Source of the DNA: Chitinophagales bacterium
GTDB taxonomy: Bacteria; Bacteroidota; Bacteroidia; Chitinophagales; JADIYW01
Direction of reading: 5' to 3'
DNA length: 64,000 nt
Assembly: GCA_046329805.1 (NCBI GenBank)
Contig: JAXLUA010000004.1
Coordinates: 183,263-247,262 of the forward strand
In this document: in pieces, positions 33,528-45,700 of the stretch
Layout of the letters: each line of letters starts with the position of its first letter
Numbering within the stretch: the stretch's first letter is position 1
Notes under the pieces: generated by a model
Told to the model about the DNA's origin: nothing
Database searches by the model: none
What the model saw: only the letters and a program-made list of their open reading frames with translations
Position numbers and translations under genes: made by a program

Positions 33528-34217
33528 TTATTTATCAGTTGAGGTGCAGTACTTTGCAATAGAGCGTTTGGCTTTCTCATAGCCAAGTTCTACGGCTTTT
33601 GTCCAATCTGCGCAGGCCTCCGTATTATTCTCATCGTAGTAGTAATAATCTGCACGGTTGCTATACGCTTCGGCATAATTTTGATTAATGGAAATAGCTT
33701 TAGTAAAATCTTCTATTGCACCATCTGCGCCGGAGTAATATTTACAAAGTCCTCTATTGTTGAATGCATCGGCATAATCGGGTTGTAGCTCTATTGCTTT
33801 ACTGCAATCCGCAATTGCGTCTTCGTATTTTCCTGCTATACGTTTTGAAATTCCGCGGTTTAAAATATACTCCGCATTTGCACTGTCTAATGTTACTGCT
33901 TTTTCAAAATCAAGTAATGCGCCTTGCACTTCTCCGATGCTATTTTTTGTTTTTCCTCTAAGGTTGTATGCAGCTTTATCGGTATCGTTAAAAGAAATAG
34001 CTTCCGTAAAATCACGTATTGCGCCGGTGTATTCTCCCAATCGGAGCATTAATACCCCTCGGCTGAAATAGGCATCATGCGTAGGTTTATTCAGTATTGC
34101 GGCATTTAACTGCTGAAGTGTATCCAAATAAGAAGCAGCATTTTGGGCGATTGCAGTAGTTGCAGTTCCACTCCATATCGCAATTAAGGCAGTAAGGATT
34201 AATTTAATTCGGTTCAT
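33528..34217 (-). CDS. Secreted tetratricopeptide (TPR) repeat protein
   Basis: Signal peptide and repeated A...RG......G.Y..AI.D...AI TPR units. It is a paralogue of the neighbouring gene. Confidence 0.8.
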   Translation of the reverse strand: MNRIKLILTALIAIWSGTATTAIAQNAASYLDTLQQLNAAILNKPTHDAYFSRGVLMLRLGEYTGAIRDFTEAISFNDTDKAAYNLRGKTKNSIGEVQGALLDFEKAVTLDSANAEYILNRGISKRIAGKYEDAIADCSKAIELQPDYADAFNNRGLCKYYSGADGAIEDFTKAISINQNYAEAYSNRADYYYYDENNTEACADWTKAVELGYEKAKRSIAKYCTSTDK

Positions 34218-34295
34218 AGTAGTGTTTAGTTTCTAAAAATAATAAAATTATCAAAAAGGTATATTAGGAGGAAATAATCTATTGTAAAAATAATA

Positions 34296-35789
34296 TTAGC
34301 CTTCAGAGAGTTCAACAAAGATATCCCAAAGAATTTCGTAGGGTATAATTTCCCATTCGGCAATAATATAATTGTTTTGTTTTCTAAGTTCTTCTAATTC
34401 GTATCCATCGGCATTTTGCATTTCTTTAGCATTAAATCCTGACTTTTCTGCTTTTAACAGCACGCTCAAAAATAAGTGGTTTCGTTTATACGTGTTATCA
34501 TTCAAATATCTGGAGCGGTAAATGCGGAGTGCATCCATTTTGGAGAAAATGAGGTTATAATCTTTACGGACAGCATTGAATAAGATTTCTACTACACGAA
34601 TAGCAAAATTGAATCCTGATTTATCTTTCTGGTTAAATGGAACATCATTTAAAAATTTGGGCAAACTGAATTTATACTCTCCATTATTCCAATAACTATC
34701 CATAAAAACAAGGTATGCGTGGTAGATTTTCCAACGTTCAATTAGCGGTGCCACTTGTCGTTTATACGATTTATTATTTAAAACACTCTCATATACTTCA
34801 TAAGCGCGTTCTATATTTTTTGTTTGTAAATAAAGTTTAAATTCTACTTCTTTCAGTACATACCAATTGTAACCGGTATCGGCAATTTTTATTCTATTCT
34901 CATCGTTAATCAAAGCGATTCCTTTTTCATATTGGCGAGAATATAAAAAAGCTCTTGCCCTATAATACAGCACTACAAAACGTCTGGTATTGGTTATTGT
35001 TTCAGGATTAGAATCCATCAAAGCATCAGCCTCATCACACAACGTTAATATTTTATGTAATTCATTACTATGTTCAAAATAAATCAATGCTAAATAAAAA
35101 TAATAGAAGTCAATCTCCGGGTTATTAATTTCGACTTTTAAATCATTTAATTTATCTAAATTTTCTTTTACTTCCGCTAATAAATCATACGTAATTGCTA
35201 CAGGTCGATTAAATTCCACAGCCACTTTCATATAGAGATACTTAGCAAATTGTTCTTTCTGTGCTAAATCTAAATACTTCAGGTATTTTTCTTCTTCTAA
35301 TTCTATATTTTTTTTATCTCCCTTTAGGCTATAGTAAGAAATTAGATAAAACGAGTAATTTTTCAGGATATCGTAAAAATTATATTTTAAGGCTTTGGCG
35401 TAATTATCTTTTACCAATTCGTAAACTAATTTATTAGTACCGGTAAGTTTTATAATAATCTCAATGGTTTGGTTATGGGTAAGGCACTCATAATATGCTT
35501 TTACTACTTCACTATTCGACACTTCATCAATATCGAAAAGAAGAATGGATTTTAAGAGTTTTGCTTTAAAGCGAGATTTAAGTTTTCTGAATTTTGCATC
35601 TTTTTCATTGCTGTCATACAGATATTTAGCAGCTGATAAATCATCTTTTATACTACCATTTTCTAAGCCTTCGTATAATTTTAAGTATAAATTTGTTGCT
35701 CCTTGGCTTAAAAGTGTTTTATCAAACACATCAATTTTAGATAATCGCTTGCGATTAACAATTTTTACCAATTCTTTTAATGCTTCCAT
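34296..35789 (-). CDS. Hypothetical all-helical (TPR-like) cytoplasmic protein, 497 aa
   Basis: Long ORF with no signal peptide or TM helix. Composition is helical-repeat-like, and no catalytic motif was recognised. Confidence 0.6.
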   Translation of the reverse strand: MEALKELVKIVNRKRLSKIDVFDKTLLSQGATNLYLKLYEGLENGSIKDDLSAAKYLYDSNEKDAKFRKLKSRFKAKLLKSILLFDIDEVSNSEVVKAYYECLTHNQTIEIIIKLTGTNKLVYELVKDNYAKALKYNFYDILKNYSFYLISYYSLKGDKKNIELEEEKYLKYLDLAQKEQFAKYLYMKVAVEFNRPVAITYDLLAEVKENLDKLNDLKVEINNPEIDFYYFYLALIYFEHSNELHKILTLCDEADALMDSNPETITNTRRFVVLYYRARAFLYSRQYEKGIALINDENRIKIADTGYNWYVLKEVEFKLYLQTKNIERAYEVYESVLNNKSYKRQVAPLIERWKIYHAYLVFMDSYWNNGEYKFSLPKFLNDVPFNQKDKSGFNFAIRVVEILFNAVRKDYNLIFSKMDALRIYRSRYLNDNTYKRNHLFLSVLLKAEKSGFNAKEMQNADGYELEELRKQNNYIIAEWEIIPYEILWDIFVELSEG

Positions 35790-36247
35790 AGCGTCACATT
35801 TATAAAATTAATTCTAACACGAACGCATTAAAAATTAATGCTTTATAATTCACTTAGCAATATAGTTCTTTTTTTAGCAAGTCACAAGAATACCCCCAAA
35901 GGAGTTGACGATAATTAAAACTATATGCAACTTTGAACTGTGAAGTACTCTTTCTATTTAAAAAGTACATAATACCCAAAATTATTTACTTTTTATAGAC
36001 CATTTATGAACGTATAACCCGATTAAAAGTAGTATTTCAGAACATAATTTTAACCCATCAATAAAAACCCATGTCACAAATAATGAAATAAAAACCCAAG
36101 AAATCAACATATAACTGTATGTATTTCAATTAGTTGAATTTACATAACTATAAAACCACCCCATTATAGCAGGTCACTCTATTTAAAATAGTGTGATTTT
36201 TTCATTAAAATTATGTTCTCATATTTGTATTACAAAACACGCAAAAA

Positions 36248-36448
36248 ATGGGAATTATAGTAGCTTTAATCCTCGCGCTATCAGCGGGAAAACACGGAGT
36301 AATTGATCCGACAGAAGGTTTAACAAAAAACCAACAAACTACGGTAAACGCTAAAAGTGGCGTTATCGATCCAACAGAAGGTATTAAACAAAATACTTCT
36401 ACACCAGTTAATGCCAAAAGTGGCGTTATCGATCCAACTGAAGGATAA
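36248..36448 (+). CDS. Small hydrophobic-leader protein with three tandem K(H/S)GVIDPTEG repeats
   Basis: MGIIVALILALSAG followed by KHGVIDPTEGLTKNQQTTVNA / KSGVIDPTEGIKQNTSTPVNA / KSGVIDPTEG. A plus-strand terminator follows at 36532-36563. Confidence 0.5.
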   Translation: MGIIVALILALSAGKHGVIDPTEGLTKNQQTTVNAKSGVIDPTEGIKQNTSTPVNAKSGVIDPTEG

Positions 36449-36531
36449 TTTTCAGCACATTTCAACACTCACCGCATCTTATTTATAATAGTCTTATTAT
36501 AATATAAATAGTTAGTAGTTTAGTTCTTAAT

Positions 36532-36563
36532 CGGAGTGGTTTCGCCACTCCGTATTTTTTTTT
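36532..36563 (+). terminator. Rho-independent terminator after the repeat-peptide gene
   Basis: Stem CGGAGTGG (36532-36539) / CCACTCCG (36545-36552), then TATTTTTTTTT. Confidence 0.75.
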
Positions 36564-36588
36564 CTATTGAAATTCCATTAAAAAAGTA

Positions 36589-37029
36589 TCAAATTGGTAC
36601 TTGCACAGAAGTACCAATCATATTAGACGTTGCTTTTGCTAGCAGGTGGTTTTGTTCATTGTATAATTCTGCTTTTATATGCAATACCGTTTTTCCGGCG
36701 CGCACAATTGTAGCCTCTGCCCATAGTATATCTCCGGCTTTTGCGGGTTTTAGGAAATCTACATTCATATTGATAGTAGCAAAACCATTAGGGCGTCCTA
36801 AAGTAAAACTGGCTGCTCCCATCACTTCGTCTAAAATAGTGGCCATTATTCCACCATGCATAATCCCTAAAGGGTTTAACATATAAGGCTCTACTTTAAA
36901 CGCCATCTTCACTCTACCTTCCTCCGCCTCCGTTACTTTTGCTTTTAGCCATTCCATTAATGGATAATCGTATTGCCATTTATCCTTACTTATTTGCTGC
37001 TTCAAAAACTGTACTCTCGTATTGCTCAT
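36589..37029 (-). CDS. PaaI-family hotdog-fold thioesterase
   Basis: NPLGIMHGGIMATILDEVMG is the typical PaaI/YbgC-like motif. 146 aa. Confidence 0.8.
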   Translation of the reverse strand: MSNTRVQFLKQQISKDKWQYDYPLMEWLKAKVTEAEEGRVKMAFKVEPYMLNPLGIMHGGIMATILDEVMGAASFTLGRPNGFATINMNVDFLKPAKAGDILWAEATIVRAGKTVLHIKAELYNEQNHLLAKATSNMIGTSVQVPI

Positions 37030-37047
37030 TATATATTTATTTGAAAA

Positions 37048-38652
37048 TCAAATTACTACTTCATCTTTATTAAACTCCGAAGTTAAGTGAAAGTGTATAT
37101 CGGGATAATCTTGTTGCGTAAGGCGGAGAATCCACTCGGAGCTTGCTAAAAACACAGGGTTATCATCTTTGTCATACGCAATATAATTAAATTTAGTACG
37201 GATGAACTCATTTAGCTTTTGCGGGTTATCTGAAGTTAGCCAACAGGCTTTATAATATTGCAATGGTTTAAACTGACAAGAAGCACCATACTCATGTAAA
37301 AGTCTGTATTGTATCACTTCAAATTGTAAATCGCCCACTGTGCCGATAATTTTAGCTTGCGTAGTATGTACCGTAAACAACTGTGCTACCCCCTCTTCTG
37401 TAAGCTGTCGGATGCCTTTTTCCAGTTGTTTGGTTTTCATGGGGTCGGTATTCACCAATTCTTTGAATATTTCCGGCGAAAAACTCGGAATACCTTTGAA
37501 GTGCATCAACTCCCCTTCGGTAAGCGTATCTCCGATTTTAAAATTTCCGGTATCATTTATTCCAATCACGTCGCCGGGGTAAGCATCCTCAACAATATTT
37601 TTATCAGATGCCATAAACGTTACCGGGTTGCTAAACCTAAGTTCTTTTTTTAATCGGGTGTGGAAGAAAAACTTATTTCGTTCGAATTTACCGGAGCATA
37701 CCCTCAAAAAAGCAATTCTACTTCGGTGATTGGGGTCGATATTGGCGTGAATTTTAAATACAAATCCGGTCATTTTTTCTTCTTCGGGCATTACTACACG
37801 TGTATCGGTGTTTCTGCCGCGTGGCGATGGTGCTATGCGTATAAAAGTTTCCAGCAGCTCCCGAACACCGAAATTATTTACCCCCGAGCCAAAAAATACC
37901 GGAGCAATAACACCTGATTTATAATCATTTTCGTGAAATGGCTCATATACACCGTCAATCAAATCTACGTCTTCGCGCAATTTATCAGCATCGCGTGCGC
38001 CTACTTGTTTATCCAAATCAGGGTCATTCAAATTGTCGATGCTCACAAATTCTTCTTCTACTTTTGTTCCTGAGGCTCTAAATAAATTCAGTTGTTTATC
38101 ATATAAATTATACACCCCTTTAAAATGTGTACCACTATTTATGGGCCAAGACAATGGACGTACTTTGATGAATAGTTTTTGCTCCAATTCATCTAATAAA
38201 TCAAATGGGTCTTTACCATCTCTATCCATTTTATTAATAAAAACAATCACGGGTGTACTGCGCATGCGACAAACCTCCATCAACTTTTCGGTTTGTGCCT
38301 CTACTCCTTTCACACAATCTACCACCAATATTACACTATCTACTGCTGTTAGAGTTCTGTAGGTATCTTCGGCAAAATCTTTATGGCCGGGGGTATCTAA
38401 TAAATTTATCAATGTATTTTGATACTCAAACGTCATTACAGAGGTTGCCACGGAGATACCCCGTTGTTTTTCAATTTCCATGAAATCGGAAGTCGCCGAT
38501 TTTTTTATTTTATTCGACTTTACGGCACCTGCTGTTTGTATCGCTCCGCCATACAATAGAAATTTCTCGGTAAGCGTTGTTTTACCTGCATCGGGGTGGG
38601 AGATAATCGCAAACGTTTTTCTTCTTTTAATTTCATCTGATATTGAAGCCAT
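37048..38652 (-). CDS. prfC: Peptide chain release factor 3
   Basis: [38 protein letters not shown] and NKMD GTPase motifs. The start was trimmed from 38712 to the ATG at 38652. Confidence 0.95.
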   Translation of the reverse strand: MASISDEIKRRKTFAIISHPDAGKTTLTEKFLLYGGAIQTAGAVKSNKIKKSATSDFMEIEKQRGISVATSVMTFEYQNTLINLLDTPGHKDFAEDTYRTLTAVDSVILVVDCVKGVEAQTEKLMEVCRMRSTPVIVFINKMDRDGKDPFDLLDELEQKLFIKVRPLSWPINSGTHFKGVYNLYDKQLNLFRASGTKVEEEFVSIDNLNDPDLDKQVGARDADKLREDVDLIDGVYEPFHENDYKSGVIAPVFFGSGVNNFGVRELLETFIRIAPSPRGRNTDTRVVMPEEEKMTGFVFKIHANIDPNHRSRIAFLRVCSGKFERNKFFFHTRLKKELRFSNPVTFMASDKNIVEDAYPGDVIGINDTGNFKIGDTLTEGELMHFKGIPSFSPEIFKELVNTDPMKTKQLEKGIRQLTEEGVAQLFTVHTTQAKIIGTVGDLQFEVIQYRLLHEYGASCQFKPLQYYKACWLTSDNPQKLNEFIRTKFNYIAYDKDDNPVFLASSEWILRLTQQDYPDIHFHLTSEFNKDEVVI

Positions 38653-38828
38653 ACAGCAAAAATACGGCGATTGCGGCTCTTGTTTAAACAGAATTAAAAA
38701 TTTAATTAGCAATTAATAAATACAAGGAACAAAAAAGGAACACAGATTTAAACAGCAGCCTGATTTTTAAACTGTTTTTATAGCTATTTATGTTTGAATT
38801 GCTTAACTTCAAAAGCTAAAAAGTATTA

Positions 38829-41800
38829 ATGAGCAGATTTTCACCCTTAAAATACGTACTATTCCTTTTCATTGCTATAAGCGCACTTACCGCCTCTGCC
38901 ACTCATATCGTCGGCGGAGTAATGAACTACACCTATTTAGGAAATGATAAGTTTGAAATATCATTATACGTTTATCGCGATTGTATTCATGGCATTCCTC
39001 CTTTAGATGATCCTGCTATTATCCGTATTTGGGATGGCGTTTCGGAGCAATATAGTTTTGTAAATGTTCCTTTTGATGATACGCTGCCACCATTGCCGCC
39101 TGATGCTTGCGCAAAAATAACTACTCCTGTTTGTGTAAATTGGACAAGATATAGAGATACGCTTGTTCTGCCGCCGAACGATTTAGGCTATACTATTTAT
39201 TACCAAAGATGCTGTCGGAATAATACCATTCAAAATCTAACTTATAACTCACGAGGAAATGGTGCTATGGACTGGGGAGCGACGTATTCCATAAATATAC
39301 CGCCTTCTTCTACTCAAGGACAAAACATCATCAACAGCTCTCCCGTTTTTAAAAATTATCCTCCAATTTATATTTGCGTAAACAAGCCAATAAATTATGA
39401 CAATAGTGCTATAGATGCGGATGGTGATTCTTTGGTATATAGCTTATGTACGCCGTATTCAGGAGCATATCCTAATGATCCGCTCAATTATTATTCAGAG
39501 GAAACGCCGCCGTTTGAAGAAGTACAGTGGGCTCCGGGGTATAGTGTAAATAATATGTTGGGCGGTACTACTCCTTTACAAATTAATCCCGTAACGGGCG
39601 TATTAACAGGAACACCTAATACCATGGGGCAATTTGTGGTAGGAGTTTGCGTGGATGAATATCGGAAAGGCGAACTACTTACGCACACCACACGCGATTT
39701 CCAATTTAATATTATTGACTGTAATTTACAGGTAGTCAGTAGTTTTTTTGCACCCAAAGTGCAATGCAATAATTTCACTGTAGATTTTCAAAATCAAAGT
39801 AGTGGTGCCACTGACTATAAATGGTATTTCGGTGATGGAGATTCTTCAACAGCCACAAACCCTACACATACCTATAGAGATACCGGAAGGTACAATGTAA
39901 CGTTAGTAAGTATTAATACGATTACTAATTCTTGTAAAGCAGAATACACACAGAAAGTTTCTATCCAATACAAAAAAATTGTTGCTGATTTTTCTACTGC
40001 TGTTGCCACTTGTATTTCAGCAAATGACTCTATAAAATTTTTAGACAGAAGCACCGATGCTTTTAACATTGCAAATTGGAAGTGGAATTTTTCTACCGGA
40101 GATTCTTCTGTACAGAAAAATCCTTCCGTCCGGTACAATGGCATTGATACGGTAATTACCGCAACGCTTACCGTTACCTCTACAAACGGATGTACATCCA
40201 GCAATACTAAATCAATACGTTTATTTCCAAAACCTCATTATAATTTGAATCCTATTATTACTAAATGTACGAATACCGGTGTCGCACAAATTATATTGAA
40301 CATGAGCGGAAATAATATTTTCTCATGGACTCCCACAACGGGATTAAACAACGCAACTTTGCAAAGTCCCACAACGAACATCAATACAAATACTACCTAC
40401 TATGTAACAATAAAAACACCATTAGCAAACGGTGATACTTGTGTGCAATACGATAGTGTGCAAGTACAAACAATAAATACGGTACAAATAAATGCAACAG
40501 ATACTTTAAAAATATGTAATGATTCTGTACGGCTGTATGTGCCTTTATCTGCAGGACAATCTGTTATTTGGTCCACTTCTAATACATTTAATCCCATCAT
40601 CGGAAACAGTGCAAGTATTAGCATTTACCAAACTAAAGCAGAACAAAAATATTATGTACAAATCTCCGCTCAAGAATGCAATGCAATAGATAGTATTTTA
40701 GTAATGTACAATGATACCATTCCAACTATTACACTTGCTAAATCTGTATTACAATGTTCCAACCAAGTAAATCTGAACGCAACTGTCAATTATCAAACAC
40801 ATGTATCGTGGTCAACTAATAGTTCTTTTCTTCCGGTTTTATCCAACAATACATCGCTTTCAATTATTCAACCTACAAAAACAGTAAAGTACTACCTGAA
40901 AGCAGAGTATAAGACATGCAGCAGCATCGATAGTGTAAAAGTAACGATACAAGATACATTGCCTTTAATTTCATTAGCAGACACACTGAATTTTTGTGGT
41001 GGAAATCTTATTACTATCAATGCAACTGTTCGGAAATACACCGCACTATTTTGGTCTGACATGCCTGATTTTAGTACTAACCTCGGCAATTCTCCTCAAC
41101 TAACTGTTACCCCTGCGACTACATCAAAAAAATATTACCTCAAAGCATTTTACAGAGATTGTTCAGTAATAGACAGTGTTGTCGTAAATTATAACAACAC
41201 TACACCGAGCATTGTATTAGAAGACAGTTTGTTTTCCTGTAGTAAAACTATTCACTTACAAGCACAAGTTACTAATGGACAGCAAATTTTATGGTCATTA
41301 AATCCAAATTTCAGTACCATTATTTCTACAAATCCGGTAATAGATACAATACAACAAACTAACAGCATTCAGAAATATTATATAAAAGCGATAAATGGTT
41401 TTTGTATAGCAAAAGATAGCATTACGGTTAAGGTGCAAAATGCAGCACAAATAAGGCTTAAAGACACCTTATGGGTTTGTGCAGATTCCGTGAGGCTACA
41501 CGCAGATATTACAAATTTTGATTCCTTGCATTGGGCTACTACATTAGGTTTTACTACTGTTATTGGCAAAACACCTACTATTGTAATTGCGCAAACGGAT
41601 GAAGAAAAAATGTATTACCTAAAAGTGTTTAATGCCGGATGTACAACTATTGACAGTGTACATGTATTTTACAGCAATGAAGCCCCAACCATCAGCTTAT
41701 CCTCACCGGTTAATTTCTGTACAGATACTGTGTTTGCTTATGCTTTCGCTAATCCATACACCGAAGCGGAATGGTTTGACAGTAGAGATTTATCACATCT

Positions 41801-42680
41801 TATCGGCACTAATCTCACCTTACAAATTACTCAACCCATTGGGGAGCATTGGTATTATTTCAGAGCAAAAAATAAGTATTGTACCTCGTTAGACAGTATT
41901 AAAATAAGTAATAATGCAATAAAATACCGAAAACCTGAAATTGCAGTATGTATCGGTCAAAAAGCGACCATTCATTTGCAAATCCAAACAAATTCTGAAT
42001 ATAAAACAACATGGGTATTAAAGCAAGACACCATTATCACCATACAAACTGACTCCGTTTCATTTACACCGACTTCAACACAAACAATTTATTTCAAAGT
42101 AGAAAACAGCAGAAATTGTACCATAGAAGACAGCATAATTGTTTCCGTTCTTCCCGCCCCTCTCCTGCATGCAACCGTAGATAAACCGGTAATTTACGAA
42201 GGCGAACAAGTTCAGTTAAACGCCACACAAAACAATAACTATATATACCATTGGATGCCTACTGAAATTGTATCCTCCGCTTCAATTTACAATCCGATAG
42301 CAAGCCCAACGCAGACCACTACATTTACCGTTATAGTAACAGATATTAATACCTGCAGCAATAAAGATACTATTACCGTAACTGTTTTAAACGCTGATTG
42401 TTCTTCCAAATCTATATACATGCCGAATGCTTTTTCACCCAATGGCGATGGAATAAATGATGTATTTATGGTAAGATCATCCATACTAAAAAATATGCAT
42501 CTGGAAATTTATGACAGATGGGGCAATAGAGTTTTTGAAACGAACAACCTCAACGAAGGATGGAATGGAACATATAAAGGACAACAAGCTGCTGCAGATG
42601 CTTATGGCTATTATTTTTCCGGAGAATGCCTGCAAGGAAAAAAAATTACATTAAAGGGAAATGTGACGCTATTAAAATAA
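38829..42680 (+). CDS. Giant cell-surface protein with a PKD domain, ~7 tandem ~88-aa repeats and a T9SS type-B (gliding motility-associated) C-terminal domain
   Basis: Signal peptide. PKD: YKWYFGDGDSSTATNPTHTYRDTGRYNVTLV. The repeats carry W..(S)..F....G....KYYLKA...C..IDSV.V. CTD: IYMPNAFSPNGDGINDVFMV...DRWGNRVFE...GWNGTYKG...YGYYF...KGNVTLLK. Confidence 0.85.
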   Translation: MSRFSPLKYVLFLFIAISALTASATHIVGGVMNYTYLGNDKFEISLYVYRDCIHGIPPLDDPAIIRIWDGVSEQYSFVNVPFDDTLPPLPPDACAKITTPVCVNWTRYRDTLVLPPNDLGYTIYYQRCCRNNTIQNLTYNSRGNGAMDWGATYSINIPPSSTQGQNIINSSPVFKNYPPIYICVNKPINYDNSAIDADGDSLVYSLCTPYSGAYPNDPLNYYSEETPPFEEVQWAPGYSVNNMLGGTTPLQINPVTGVLTGTPNTMGQFVVGVCVDEYRKGELLTHTTRDFQFNIIDCNLQVVSSFFAPKVQCNNFTVDFQNQSSGATDYKWYFGDGDSSTATNPTHTYRDTGRYNVTLVSINTITNSCKAEYTQKVSIQYKKIVADFSTAVATCISANDSIKFLDRSTDAFNIANWKWNFSTGDSSVQKNPSVRYNGIDTVITATLTVTSTNGCTSSNTKSIRLFPKPHYNLNPIITKCTNTGVAQIILNMSGNNIFSWTPTTGLNNATLQSPTTNINTNTTYYVTIKTPLANGDTCVQYDSVQVQTINTVQINATDTLKICNDSVRLYVPLSAGQSVIWSTSNTFNPIIGNSASISIYQTKAEQKYYVQISAQECNAIDSILVMYNDTIPTITLAKSVLQCSNQVNLNATVNYQTHVSWSTNSSFLPVLSNNTSLSIIQPTKTVKYYLKAEYKTCSSIDSVKVTIQDTLPLISLADTLNFCGGNLITINATVRKYTALFWSDMPDFSTNLGNSPQLTVTPATTSKKYYLKAFYRDCSVIDSVVVNYNNTTPSIVLEDSLFSCSKTIHLQAQVTNGQQILWSLNPNFSTIISTNPVIDTIQQTNSIQKYYIKAINGFCIAKDSITVKVQNAAQIRLKDTLWVCADSVRLHADITNFDSLHWATTLGFTTVIGKTPTIVIAQTDEEKMYYLKVFNAGCTTIDSVHVFYSNEAPTISLSSPVNFCTDTVFAYAFANPYTEAEWFDSRDLSHLIGTNLTLQITQPIGEHWYYFRAKNKYCTSLDSIKISNNAIKYRKPEIAVCIGQKATIHLQIQTNSEYKTTWVLKQDTIITIQTDSVSFTPTSTQTIYFKVENSRNCTIEDSIIVSVLPAPLLHATVDKPVIYEGEQVQLNATQNNNYIYHWMPTEIVSSASIYNPIASPTQTTTFTVIVTDINTCSNKDTITVTVLNADCSSKSIYMPNAFSPNGDGINDVFMVRSSILKNMHLEIYDRWGNRVFETNNLNEGWNGTYKGQQAAADAYGYYFSGECLQGKKITLKGNVTLLK

Positions 42681-42761
42681 AAATATGATTCACAAAAAAC
42701 ATATCGCTCCAATTCGAACTGATTTTTAGACTACTGAAATTATAAAAAAATTATAACAGCA

Positions 42762-45700
42762 ATGAAAAAATTAAACACCATAATACTACTTCTCCTCTCC
42801 CACCTTTTATTTGCAGAAAAAAGCAGTACAACGAAATTAGATTTTATAAAAAATGAAGGGCAATGGGAAAACCCAATTTTATATAAAGTTGACTTGCACG
42901 GCGGCGGCTGGGCATTTCTTGAAAACAGTGGCATTACCTATACATTTTTAGACAAAAAAGAAAATCATCCAACAAAAGAAACACATACAGAAACAATAAA
43001 TGGCCATTCATTTAAAGTAAAATGGCTAAATGCAAATCCACAACTAAAAGCAGAAGGACAAGACCCAGAGGCTTATTATAATAATTACTTTTCGGGCAAT
43101 GATAAAAGCAAATGGAAATCCAATGTAGGAATTTACCAAACCGTATTTTATCACAATGTATATCCCAATATCGACTTTAAAATTTACAGTGAGAATGCCG
43201 CTTTAAAATCGGATTATATCGTACATAAATCCGGCAACCCAAGCGATTTAAAATTTAGATATGACGGTTTAGAGAACATTACCATTGAAGAAAATGGACG
43301 ATTAAAATTAACCACTTCTATCAATACACTCTATGAACTTAAACCTTATGCTTATCAAATTATAAATGGTGTAAAAAAAGAAGTAGCTTGCAGATATGCA
43401 TATCAAAATAAAGTACTGACTTTTATAATTCCTGATGGGTACAATAAAAATTATGACTTAGTAATTGATCCGACATTAATTTTCTCTACGTACTCAGGAA
43501 GTTTTTCAGATAATTGGGGTTCTTCCGCCACACACGACAACAATGGCAACATGTTTTTAGGCGGAATTGCTTTAGGAGCCGCATACCCTACTACTGTTGG
43601 CGCATTCCAAACCAATTTTAACGGCGGAGATGGCAGCGAACCTACGGACGTGGTAATCACCAAATTTAATGCAACCGGTACCGCCAGGATGTATTCCACC
43701 TATTTGGGCGGCAGCTCCAACGAATTATTAGCAAGTTTGCTCTGCACACCCAACAACGAATTGATTGCCGTAATGACCACGAGTTCTTTAGATTTTCCGA
43801 CAACAGCAAATGCTTACAGCAAAACTTTTAGCGGAGGTTCATATATAATTGCGTATGACATATTTATGCCAAATGGTTCAGATGTTGCTATTTCTAAATT
43901 TAATGCAAATGGTACTGCTCTAATCGGCTCTACTTACTTTGGTGGATCAGGAAATGACGGTACTAATTTAGGCGCTTTCACGGCATTTAATTATGGCGAT
44001 CAATCCAGAAGTGATGTAGCAATAGATAATACCGGTAACATATACATTACCTCTACTACAAATTCTACTGATTTGCCAAGTACGGCAGGAAAAGCTCAAC
44101 CAGTATATGGCGGAGGGGAATCTGATGGGTTTGTTGCTAAATTTAATGCAAATTTATCTGCTTTATCATGGGCTACCTACTATGGTGGCTCAGCGGACGA
44201 TGTTGCATACAGTATGTCGATCGATAAAAACAATGCTATTTTTATTTGTGGAGGCACTTCCAGTACCAATCTTCCAAATACCCGAAATGGATTAAACCCC
44301 AATTACCAAGGGGGTGTTTTAGATGGCTATGTAGCTAAAATTAATAACACCGGAACAGCTGTTCTTGCGGCTACTTACTTAGGCACATCTGAATATGACC
44401 AAGCCTATATTCTCGACTTAGACAATAAAGATAATGTTGGCATATTCGGGCAAACGCTTGGAAATTATCTCGTGAGCAATGGAGTATATTCAAATACTGG
44501 AGGAAAACAATTTATTCAAAAATTAAACAACAACCTTAACTCAAGTATTTTCTCTACTGTTTTTGGAAGTAAAAATTCTCCTACCATTAACATTACACCA
44601 ACTGCATTTCTAATAGATGTTTGTAATAATATTTATGCTGCTGGGTGGGGAGGTAATGTAAACTATACCGGAAACACAGACAGTATGGCAGTTACTTCAG
44701 ATGCCTATAAAAAAACAACAGATAAAAGTGACTTTTATCTGATTAACTTAAATGCAAATGCAAGCAGTTTGAAATATGCAACTTACTTTGGAGAAGACGG
44801 CGGTATCGGCGATCATGTAGATGGCGGTACCAGTAGGTTTGATAAAAACGGGATAATATACCAAGCAGTTTGTGCAAGCTGCGGCGCCACCAATGCATTT
44901 CCTGTTACTCCGGGAGTGGTAGGCCCTCATAACAATTCCAACAATTGCAATATGGCTGGTTTTAAATTTAAGTTTGATTTAACGGCATTGCAAATTATAA
45001 CGGCAACGGCAACTCCTGCTAATGGATGTGCTCCACTCAGCGTAAATTTTAATTACACTTCATCTGCTCCGGGTGTTAGTTACTTTTGGGATTTTGGAGA
45101 TAATACTTCTTCTACCAATCAATATCCAACGCATACCTATAATAACGAAGGTACTTATACTGTTAAATTTATTATCAAAGATCCCAACAATTGCAACCCG
45201 ATAGATTCTACAACGCTAAAAATTACTGTTGGAACTAAACAAACTACCCAAATCGACACTACTATTTGTCAAGGACAAACGGTAACGATAAACCATCAAC
45301 AATTCTCTACTTCGGGAAACTATACCATTACCCTCCGAAATGCTTTAGGTTGCGACAGCATCATACAACTTAAATTAAAAGTAAACCCTACCAAAGAAAA
45401 CAGAATAAGTACCACCATTTGCAAAGGAGCAAGCATTTCAATTGGCAATCAACAATTTTCAACAGCAGGAAATTATACTATACCATTAAGCACTACTTTG
45501 GGCTGTGATAGTATTATTTACCTAAACCTGCAAGTTAGCGATACCTTATTTACGACATTACAAAAAACAATATGTAAAGGGCAAAGTTACACCATCGGCA
45601 ATACCACTTTTTATCAATCGGGAAGCTATTCCATTCCGTTTAAAAGCGCTTTCGAGTGCGACAGTATTGTAAAACTAACGCTAACCGTTGCCGATACGGT

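Noticed and set aside
36211-36468. 85-aa minus-strand ORF mirroring the repeat peptide (PSVGSITPLLA repeats)
   Set aside because: The canonical terminator with a T-run is oriented for the plus strand, and the plus ORF has a plausible hydrophobic leader. The minus ORF is considered the shadow frame, although this is not proven.
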